Shown here one piece after another: positions 37,915-45,525 of a stretch of DNA of 64,000 bases; within the stretch, counting starts at the first letter, position 1; every line of letters starts with the position of its first letter. The position numbers and the translations under genes were made by a program. Source of the DNA: Patescibacteria group bacterium (GTDB lineage: Bacteria; Patescibacteriota; Microgenomatia; UBA12405). The stretch covers positions 10,227 to 74,226 of the forward strand of contig WARW01000003.1 in NCBI GenBank assembly GCA_013387215.1, given 5' to 3'. The notes below the pieces were generated by a model. The model was not told the origin of the DNA, ran no database searches, and worked only from the letters and a program-made list of their open reading frames with translations.

Positions 37915-38178
37915 TTCTTTATCCAATTGATCAAATTGAAAATTTAAGATAGTTTCATTTGTGCCATCAAGATCTTTCATTAGCTGTTCATCAGTTTCTT
38001 TTATAGTTTGAATGTTGTTTTCTTGATTAATTTTTTCGAGTTTAGTGTCTATTTTATTATCGATTTTGTTTAATATTTTTAATTCTGTTTTATCTTTAAA
38101 GGAACAAGCAGAAAGAAAAATTGTAGAAAAAGCCAAAACCGGAATAATAATTTTGTATTTCATTAAATATGATAACAA
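37888..38178 (-). CDS. small lipoprotein
   Basis: Signal peptide with lipobox 'FLSAC'. Confidence 0.4.
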   Translation of the reverse strand: MLSYLMKYKIIIPVLAFSTIFLSACSFKDKTELKILNKIDNKIDTKLEKINQENNIQTIKETDEQLMKDLDGTNETILNFQFDQLDKELKSTEPTF

Positions 38179-38210
38179 AAAACTGCCACTAGTTTAAACT
38201 AGCGGCAGTT
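38174..38210 (-). terminator. intrinsic terminator of the 38227..38835 gene
   Basis: Minus-strand RNA: aacugccgcuagu-uuaa-acuaguggcaguu (13-bp stem, one G-U) followed by UUUUUGUUAUC. Confidence 0.55.
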
Positions 38211-38226
38211 AACTATTGACTAATAA

Positions 38227-38835
38227 TTAAGCTTTTACAATAAGTCTTAATGAATCAGTTAAAATCTTTCGAAGAGAATTAAGATCGGTTCTGACTAAAG
38301 TAGCAGGGGCCTTTAATTCAGCAGCCAATGTTTTTGGAGTGGCTGTGGTAGATAATTCATTGAATTTTGCTGTAAAAGCAGCTAAATCTTTTTGATAAGT
38401 TGCTTCGGCGGCGGTAAATTCTGCTAATTTTGCAGTAGCAGCTGTAACATTTTTACCTTGAGATTGTTTTTCGTTTAGTCTGGCGGTTATTTTAGCTTGG
38501 GTTTGAACCAAAACATTATGCCTATTATTAAATTCCTTTAACATAGCAGAATAAATTGCATCAATTCTTTTTTTCTGCATGGCTAATACTTGTTCTTTTC
38601 TAGCTGCTTTTTCGGCATTGGCCTGAACTTTTAAAGCTTGTCTGTCTTGGACAGCAGTGGTTTTTATTTCCTTTATTTCGGCTTGACCAGTTTTTCTAAC
38701 ATCTTTAAGTTCCTGTCTCATTTCTTTTCTAATTCCAGTTGGGGTGGCACTAACAGTGTCAGCAGCAAAAGATGGAGTGGCTAAAACTAAAAACATTAAA
38801 CTAGTAAGCGAAAAAATGATTTTTTTATTGCACAT
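38227..38835 (-). CDS. secreted Ala/Lys-rich coiled-coil protein
   Basis: Signal peptide with 'SFA|AD' site; helical repetitive Ala/Lys/Gln-rich body. Confidence 0.45.
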   Translation of the reverse strand: MCNKKIIFSLTSLMFLVLATPSFAADTVSATPTGIRKEMRQELKDVRKTGQAEIKEIKTTAVQDRQALKVQANAEKAARKEQVLAMQKKRIDAIYSAMLKEFNNRHNVLVQTQAKITARLNEKQSQGKNVTAATAKLAEFTAAEATYQKDLAAFTAKFNELSTTATPKTLAAELKAPATLVRTDLNSLRKILTDSLRLIVKA

Positions 38836-38906
38836 ATTTTGAATTTAATAATTTATAACTTCAATAATTGATACGACAAGCTAATTAAAATATTACAAGC
38901 AATTTT

Positions 38907-39749
38907 TTATTTCTGACAATGCGGACAGTAAAAGGTGCCACGTCCACCAAGCTTAATTCTTTTAATAGGAGTTTTACAAATCAAACAAGGCTCTCCGTCA
39001 CGCTGATAAACCCGAAAATTAAATTGGTTTTGACCACTAGAACCATCAGGCCGAATATATTTATTATCTTTAGCTGTGGAACCTCCTGCTAAAATCGATT
39101 CTTTCATTATTTGGATTAAAAATTTACGAAGCTTGGTGGCTTTTTCTGAACTTATTTGATTGGATGGAGTCTGGGGATTAATTTTAGCTAAAAATAAGGC
39201 ATCGTTAGCATAAATATTACCAATACCGGCAAATTTAGATTGATCAAGCAAGACTGATTTAACTGGTCTTTTAGAGGTTTGGAGTTGTTGAAAAAAATAT
39301 TTGAGAGTAAAGTTTGAATCCAAAATATCACGCCCCAGGTTTTTTTGAGATTTTTCAAGATTCTCCGGGGTAAAAATTTTGACCCAGCCAAACTTGCGCT
39401 GATCATTAAAAAATAATTTGGACCCATTAGAAAAAGTGAAAACGAGTCTGGTTGATTTATTAGGTAAAATTGATTTGTCTTCTTTTGGGGTCGGGTGTCC
39501 AAAAATAAATTCTCCTAAAATAATTTGACCGGTCATTTTTAAATGAAATAGAAGGACTAAATTATTTTCCAAATGAATCGAAAGTTGTTTGCCAATGCGA
39601 GAGGTTTTAATGATTTTCTGGTTTTGGGCTAATTTAGGATCCCCAATAAAAGATTTGGGAGTGAGAATTTCAATATTGGAAATAGTTTTACCAAGAAGAT
39701 GACCGTCTAAAAACTGACGAACAACTTCAACTTCGGGAAGTTCTGGCAT
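38907..39749 (-). CDS. mutM: formamidopyrimidine-DNA glycosylase
   Basis: N-terminal 'MPELPEVEVV'; C-terminal zinc finger 'CLICKTPIKRIKLGGRGTFYCPHCQK'. Confidence 0.85.
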   Translation of the reverse strand: MPELPEVEVVRQFLDGHLLGKTISNIEILTPKSFIGDPKLAQNQKIIKTSRIGKQLSIHLENNLVLLFHLKMTGQIILGEFIFGHPTPKEDKSILPNKSTRLVFTFSNGSKLFFNDQRKFGWVKIFTPENLEKSQKNLGRDILDSNFTLKYFFQQLQTSKRPVKSVLLDQSKFAGIGNIYANDALFLAKINPQTPSNQISSEKATKLRKFLIQIMKESILAGGSTAKDNKYIRPDGSSGQNQFNFRVYQRDGEPCLICKTPIKRIKLGGRGTFYCPHCQK

Positions 39750-39753
39750 ATCC

Positions 39754-40677
39754 CTATCTTATCAGATCATCCAGGTCAATATTGGTGACCGTTTCGCTTT
39801 TTCCAAGACGATAAAGAGCAACTCGAGTATCAGCTAATTTGTCTTTTAAAAGGCTTAAAGAATTTAAAAATATCTGAGTGGAACCTAGATAGCCAATGAT
39901 AAGGATTAATCCAGAAATATTTTTAGTCCCCTGATTGACTTCAAAAATCAAATAAAGCAGAGCGGCAGAATAAAAACAAATAGAAATATTTTGAAGTGTG
40001 AACCATTCAATAAAATTCCAACTACAAATTTTTTGATGAACCCGGTTATATTGTTTTTCTTCAAGATCGATGTCGTTAGTGCCTTGAAGCCGAGCATAAT
40101 AAGCTTCGACTTTGGCATTTTGAAGATTTTTTAAGTAAATATAGCGCTGGGTGGTGTAGACATCGACGAAAAAGTACACAACAATATAGACTATTTCAAA
40201 AATAAAGATTTTAAAATCTAAGAAAAATAAAATTAAAGGTGTAGCGATTAAAGAGACCACACTGTCGACTCCAGGCTGACGAATTAGTTCAAGCGTCAAA
40301 CGAACAGCTTCAGAAAAGTTTCTGATAGCCTGGATGGCTTCAAAACGAGCTGATTTGTTTTTTAATTCAAGATCGGGAATTAAAAAATTATGAACTTCAA
40401 ATTGAATGCCACTAATAAGATATTCCAGTTTATTAATAGACAGAAGACGGGTGAAATTTTCCAAAAGATAAATAATAAAAATTAGGGCAACTAGATATAA
40501 AACCGTAGAAAAATTAGATTTATTCTCGACAAGAGCGATGATCTGTGAAAATAAATAGATGGAAAAAATGGGAAAAAGAGCTGAGATAAAGCGAATAAAA
40601 AACCAAAAGAAAAAAGAACCTTTATGACTGATGAATTTTAAAATAAATTTTATTATATTTCGAGTTTCCGGAGTCAT
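39754..40677 (-). CDS. ABC exporter transmembrane domain only (no ATPase domain)
   Basis: 6-TM type-I exporter-like TMD, 307 aa, ends where NBD would begin; next gene 4 nt downstream is mutM. Confidence 0.45.
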   Translation of the reverse strand: MTPETRNIIKFILKFISHKGSFFFWFFIRFISALFPIFSIYLFSQIIALVENKSNFSTVLYLVALIFIIYLLENFTRLLSINKLEYLISGIQFEVHNFLIPDLELKNKSARFEAIQAIRNFSEAVRLTLELIRQPGVDSVVSLIATPLILFFLDFKIFIFEIVYIVVYFFVDVYTTQRYIYLKNLQNAKVEAYYARLQGTNDIDLEEKQYNRVHQKICSWNFIEWFTLQNISICFYSAALLYLIFEVNQGTKNISGLILIIGYLGSTQIFLNSLSLLKDKLADTRVALYRLGKSETVTNIDLDDLIR

Positions 40678-40728
40678 TATTTAAATGATACTAAAAAACA
40701 GGTGTAGAAGTAAAAACTAGATGATAAA

Positions 40729-41688
40729 ATGGGAAATATGCCAGAGACAAAAGAAATTTTTGACACAATTATTGTGGGATCAGGTCCAGCCGGATTAACA
40801 GCTGCAATTTACAATATTAGAGCAGCTTTAAAAACCGTGGTAATTGCGGGAAATCAGCCAGGCGGACAATTAACCATTACCACTTATGTTGATAATTATC
40901 CTGGTTTTCCAACCGGAATCGGCGGAGTTAAATTGATGATGGATATGCAGGCTCAGGTGAAAAATTTAGGCGGTGAAATTCGCCAAGGATTAGTAAAAGA
41001 AATTCAAAAGAAAGACGGTGTGTTTGAAGTATGTTTTAATGATGAGTCAATTCTTAAAGCCAAATCGGTGATTGTGACAACCGGCGCCAGCGCTAAATGG
41101 TTGGGACTTCCAAACGAAAAAGAATTAGTAGGTAGAGGTGTCAGCGGATGTGCAACTTGTGATGGAATGTTTTTTAAAGATAAAATTGTGGCGGTGGTTG
41201 GCGGTGGAGACACGGCTTGCGAAGATGCAGTGTTTTTAACAAGATTTGCCAATAAAGTTATTTTGATTCATCGACGAGACAAATTCCGAGCTGCACCAAT
41301 GGAGCAAAGCAAAGTGTTTGAAAATAATAAAATTGAAACTTTATGGAATACTGAAGTTGAAGAGATTATAGGAAAAGATAAACTAGAAGCCATTAAAATA
41401 ATTAATAATCAAACCAAAGAAGAAAAAGAAATTCAAATTAATGGACTATTTATGGCTATAGGCCATGATCCGGCTACTCAATTTATTAAAGATTTGGTTG
41501 AATTAAAAGAAACTGGGCAAGTTGTTGTGGGTAAAAATCAAAACTATCCAACCATGACTAACGTTGAAGGTTTATTTGCAGCTGGTGATTGTGCTGATGA
41601 TGTTTACAGACAAGCAATAGTGGCAGCGGGAAATGGCTGCAAAGCAGCCATTGATGCTCAACATTGGCTGGAAAATCAAGAAGCTTAA
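40729..41688 (+). CDS. trxB: thioredoxin-disulfide reductase
   Basis: 'GSGPAGLTAAIY' FAD site, redox 'CATCDG', 'GGGDTACEDA' NADPH site. Confidence 0.9.
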   Translation: MGNMPETKEIFDTIIVGSGPAGLTAAIYNIRAALKTVVIAGNQPGGQLTITTYVDNYPGFPTGIGGVKLMMDMQAQVKNLGGEIRQGLVKEIQKKDGVFEVCFNDESILKAKSVIVTTGASAKWLGLPNEKELVGRGVSGCATCDGMFFKDKIVAVVGGGDTACEDAVFLTRFANKVILIHRRDKFRAAPMEQSKVFENNKIETLWNTEVEEIIGKDKLEAIKIINNQTKEEKEIQINGLFMAIGHDPATQFIKDLVELKETGQVVVGKNQNYPTMTNVEGLFAAGDCADDVYRQAIVAAGNGCKAAIDAQHWLENQEA

Positions 41689-42893
41689 ATCAATTTTTTG
41701 ATTGATTTAATAAAGTTGTCTTTAGAAAAACAATCGGCTCGATTAATACAATTTTGAGATATTTTTTGAGAATCTTTTGGAGTTTTAGTAAGTTTTTCCA
41801 ATTCTTGGATTGCCCTAGCACAAGATTCCGGAGTTAATTTATCAAATAAAACTCCGGTTTTACCATCAATAACAGTTTCAGCAGTTCCACCACTTTTAAA
41901 ACCAACAACAGGACAACCAAAAGACATGGCCTCTACCGGAACCATGCCAAAATCTTCATTGTCGGAACAAAACAGAAAAGCTTTGGCTTGGAAATATAGT
42001 TTTTCTTTTTGTTCTTGATTTACTTCACCTAAAAATTCAATGGTGGGGCCAGAGATATTTTTGAGTTCATCCATAAACCCAGCAAAATCACGGCCAAATA
42101 TTTTTAATTTAAGATTCAATTGGTTGCAGGCTTTAATGGCAACATCATAACGCTTAGCTCTAGCTAGTCTGCCGCCTGCTAAAAAGTATGACTCAGATAA
42201 AATTTGGCGGTGCTCGCTACCTTCGGGCTCGACTTCGTTTCGCGTTCGCTGTGCTCCTGAAATTTTATTCTTCGTATTAACGAGCTTCGCCATTTTTGGA
42301 ATTTCTATAGGAGGATTTATAACTATACTGTTTTTACGGTAAAATTTTTCAATGCGGGCGGCAGTGGTTTGAGAATTGGCAATAAATTGATCGACGTTTT
42401 GGGCAAATCTAAAATCTAAAAATCTTAAAAAGTGATTTAAGAATTGAACTATAAAATAAATAAATTTGTTTTTGGTTAAAACTCTGGCAGTGGGCAGACC
42501 ATATAAATAACGAGGCGGAGTGTGGCAATAACAAATTAATTTAGCTTGTTTTTTGTTTAAAGCATTTGGAAAATAGGCACCAGTGGCGGAACTGATAATC
42601 AAGTCGTAATCAGAAAAATCAAAAGAATAAAAAGCTAGCGGCGAAAATAAACGAAGCGGACTGATTATTTTTCTGGCAAAAGGTATAAATTTAAAAAAGC
42701 TTTGATGAATACGACCCGCCCATTTTTTTTGAAGACGATTTTGATGAGGACCTAGAAATTTTGGGCAATAAAGTGAAGTGTAAATCGGAGCATCGGGAAA
42801 AATATCGGAAAAAGTTTCTAGAACTGACTCGGCTCCCCCAAATTCTTTTATATAATCATGAACTAGGGCTATTTTGAGTTTAGTTTGGGTCAT
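41685..42893 (-). CDS. GT4-family glycosyltransferase with GC-rich in-frame insert
   Basis: C-terminal 'FGMVPVEAMSFGCPVVGFKSGGTAETV' GT4 motif; 42207-42257 GC-rich segment encoding 'GAQRTRNEVEPEGSEHRQ'. Confidence 0.7.
   Translation of the reverse strand: MTQTKLKIALVHDYIKEFGGAESVLETFSDIFPDAPIYTSLYCPKFLGPHQNRLQKKWAGRIHQSFFKFIPFARKIISPLRLFSPLAFYSFDFSDYDLIISSATGAYFPNALNKKQAKLICYCHTPPRYLYGLPTARVLTKNKFIYFIVQFLNHFLRFLDFRFAQNVDQFIANSQTTAARIEKFYRKNSIVINPPIEIPKMAKLVNTKNKISGAQRTRNEVEPEGSEHRQILSESYFLAGGRLARAKRYDVAIKACNQLNLKLKIFGRDFAGFMDELKNISGPTIEFLGEVNQEQKEKLYFQAKAFLFCSDNEDFGMVPVEAMSFGCPVVGFKSGGTAETVIDGKTGVLFDKLTPESCARAIQELEKLTKTPKDSQKISQNCINRADCFSKDNFIKSIKKLI
42207..42257. repeat. GC-rich element copy inside GT4 coding sequence
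   Basis: 'ggtgctcgctaccttcgggctcgacttcgtttcgcgttcgctgtgctcc' shares 'gtttcgc(g/t)ttcgct' + 'gtgctcc' with element B; ~60% GC in an AT-rich gene. Confidence 0.45.
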
Positions 42894-42896
42894 AAA

Positions 42897-43847
42897 TTAA
42901 AATAAACTGGTTTGGTTGGGGTCTTCATTTTTTTTGCTTGGTTTGACAATATTATTGTTTTTTTCAAGACGTGCAATTAATGATTTAAAATTATAAGACT
43001 TAAAAACAGCAATTAAGTTTTGCACACAAGTATCACACCATTTAGCATCTGATAATTTAAACTTAAGTGGAATATTATAAACCAAAGTAGCTAGTTTTTG
43101 CGAAAGGTAGGCGTTTTCTTTACCAGAAATTAATTTTTCTTTAAGGCTTGGCTTAATGTTGTCTATATTTTTATAAATATTATCGAGATTTTGATATTCG
43201 GTCAGAAGATCAATAGCAGCTTTAGGGCCGATTCCAGCAACACCTGGATAATTATCCGACATATCACCCATTAAGGCTTTAAGATCAACAACTTGAGTCG
43301 GAAGCACTCCAAGTTTTTCTTTGACTCCTTCGGAATTGATGGTTTTTGTTTCCGAAAGACCACGAATAGGCATAAACAATTCAACTTTTGGCCCAACTAA
43401 CTGCATAATATCTTTATCGCCAGTAATAATGGTGACATTGTCAATAATTCTTTTTTTAGCACCAGTTTGGCTGACTTTTATTTTATTTAAGGCTTTTTTA
43501 GTAATGGTGGCAATTAAATCATCGGCTTCAAAACCACCAATGGCAAAATTAGGGATTTTGGCCTCCTCAAGACTTGATTGAAGCTTCGGAAATTGGCTGA
43601 TCAAATCCATGTCGGCAGGTTTACGTTTCGCACGATAACCAATAAATTCCTCATTGCGAAAATTAGGACCAGGCGAATCGAGACAAACAATTAAATAGTC
43701 CGGTTTTAAGGTGTTAACTGCTGTTAAGATCATGGAATAAAATCCATATAAAGCATTAACCGGCTCGCCGTTTACAGTTAAGGGCGGAATAGAATGATAG
43801 GCACGATGGATGATTGCATGACCATCAACAATGATAAGTTTGGACAT
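42897..43847 (-). CDS. 5'-3' exonuclease (Pol I N-terminal domain-like FEN)
   Basis: 'LIIVDGHAIIHRAYH' and H3TH-like region; 316 aa, no polymerase domain. Confidence 0.8.
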   Translation of the reverse strand: MSKLIIVDGHAIIHRAYHSIPPLTVNGEPVNALYGFYSMILTAVNTLKPDYLIVCLDSPGPNFRNEEFIGYRAKRKPADMDLISQFPKLQSSLEEAKIPNFAIGGFEADDLIATITKKALNKIKVSQTGAKKRIIDNVTIITGDKDIMQLVGPKVELFMPIRGLSETKTINSEGVKEKLGVLPTQVVDLKALMGDMSDNYPGVAGIGPKAAIDLLTEYQNLDNIYKNIDNIKPSLKEKLISGKENAYLSQKLATLVYNIPLKFKLSDAKWCDTCVQNLIAVFKSYNFKSLIARLEKNNNIVKPSKKNEDPNQTSLF

Positions 43848-43876
43848 AAGTTAGTTTAGCAGGTAAAATTTAGGTA

Positions 43877-44782
43877 ATGGAACAACACGCGATTCCACAG
43901 CAGATTTCGTCCTACGAATTTAAATTAGTGGGAGAAATGACGCTAAAACAGTTTATTAAGGCAGCGGCGGGAATTATCCTGGCACTATTAATTAACGCAA
44001 CCAAATTAATTATTATTGTTAAGTGGCCTTTAATGGCAGTTTGCGCTGGAGGCGGATTACTTTTAGCTTTTGTTCCTTTTGAAGACAGACCGCTGGAAAC
44101 CTGGGCAGTAGCTTTTATTAAATCGATTTATTCCCCGACTGTTTATATTTATAAAAAAAGAGCAAGTAAAAATTGGCTAGAAATTGATTTGAATAATATT
44201 ACAGATACAGATGGTGCTGAAACAAACGATGACGAAGAAGTACTAGTGGTTAAAGATAAAACTAAAGTAAGAGAATTTATTCAATCACTGCCTTCAGTTA
44301 AAAGAGAAGTAAAAGAAGAAGTTGAAGAAGTAAAAGAAGTGAAAAAAGTACAAGTACCAGTGAGCAATCCTCAAGTGCAAACCCAAACAGAGGTGGTTAA
44401 AAATATACAAAAGACTGAGGATTGGCATGATCAAAAAACTAATTTGAATTTAAAAACCGAAAAACTCGAAGCGACAGGAAAGGCAAATTTTGGAGCAATA
44501 CCAATGCCTGATATTCCAGAAGTTCCAAATATAGTGGTAGGAATGGCGATGGATAGCAATGGTAAAATTGTGGACGGAGTGATTATTGAAATCCAAGATG
44601 AACATGGTAATCCTTCAAGAGTATTAAAAACCAATTCTTTAGGACAATTTAAAACTTCAACTCCATTAGCTAATGGAAGATATTTATTAGTTTGTGAAAA
44701 AGAAAATTTCAGTTTTGATAGGGTCAATATTGATGTTAAGGGTGAGATTATTAAACCGATAAGGATTATTGCCAATAATTAA
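43877..44782 (+). CDS. PrgI/VirB3-like T4SS membrane protein with C-terminal CarboxypepD_reg-like beta-sandwich
   Basis: N-terminal 'LKQFIKAAAGIILALL...PLMAVCAGGGLLLAFVPFEDRPLETW'; C-terminal 'SNGKIVDGVIIEIQDEHGNP...TNSLGQFKT...ANGRYLLVCEKENFSF'. Confidence 0.45.
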   Translation: MEQHAIPQQISSYEFKLVGEMTLKQFIKAAAGIILALLINATKLIIIVKWPLMAVCAGGGLLLAFVPFEDRPLETWAVAFIKSIYSPTVYIYKKRASKNWLEIDLNNITDTDGAETNDDEEVLVVKDKTKVREFIQSLPSVKREVKEEVEEVKEVKKVQVPVSNPQVQTQTEVVKNIQKTEDWHDQKTNLNLKTEKLEATGKANFGAIPMPDIPEVPNIVVGMAMDSNGKIVDGVIIEIQDEHGNPSRVLKTNSLGQFKTSTPLANGRYLLVCEKENFSFDRVNIDVKGEIIKPIRIIANN

Positions 44783-44816
44783 TATATGATTAAAATATTA
44801 GTTATAAAAAAATAGT

Positions 44817-45524
44817 ATGGCTACCGATCCACTTAAAATTGCCATTAAAGGTACAACTCAAGACCATTTGCCCATCGAAGATGTGGTTGATGGAGTGGTG
44901 ATTTTGAAAGACGGATCATGTGCGATGGTAATGCAGATATCTTCCGTCAATTTTGATTTGTTATCAGAAAAGGAACAATCGGCTTTGGTTTTTGCTTATG
45001 GCGGAATTTTAAATTCTTTGAACTTTCCAATTCAAATAATTATCAGATCAAACGCTAAAGATGTGTCGGTTTATCTTAATAATTTGAAAGACGCCGAAGA
45101 AAAACAAAGCAATTCTCTTTTGAAACAAAGAATTCAACTATACCGAAAGTTTGTTGAAGAAACGGTTAAAAAAAATGATGTGTTATCAAAATCTTTTTAT
45201 GTGGTGGCTCATTTTTCTGCGTTGGAACTGGGAATAAAAAATGCCGGCAAGCAAACATTGAGCACTATTCTGCCTCCTTTAGGAAAATCGCGTTCAACAG
45301 AATTACCATTTTCCAAAGATTATATTCTAGATAAAGCAAAAGCTAGTTTGGAACCGAAAAGAGATCATTTAATGAGATTGTTTTCCCGATTAGGATTGGA
45401 AATTAAACAATTAAACACCAAAGAATTAATCGAACTGTATTATAAAATTTATAATGAAGAAACGGCTGTAAATCAGAAACTGCAAACACTGAATTACAAT
45501 GCACCAATTGTTACCACTAAATAA
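44817..45524 (+). CDS. hypothetical protein, T4SS-cluster associated
   Basis: 235 aa between PrgI-like and VirB4 genes; no family recognised. Confidence 0.4.
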   Translation: MATDPLKIAIKGTTQDHLPIEDVVDGVVILKDGSCAMVMQISSVNFDLLSEKEQSALVFAYGGILNSLNFPIQIIIRSNAKDVSVYLNNLKDAEEKQSNSLLKQRIQLYRKFVEETVKKNDVLSKSFYVVAHFSALELGIKNAGKQTLSTILPPLGKSRSTELPFSKDYILDKAKASLEPKRDHLMRLFSRLGLEIKQLNTKELIELYYKIYNEETAVNQKLQTLNYNAPIVTTK

Positions 45525-45525
45525 A

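Noticed and set aside
41689-41720. Hairpin aatcaa-ttttt-tgatt after trxB as a terminator
   Set aside because: Stem is only 6 bp and entirely A/T; insufficient stability to call.
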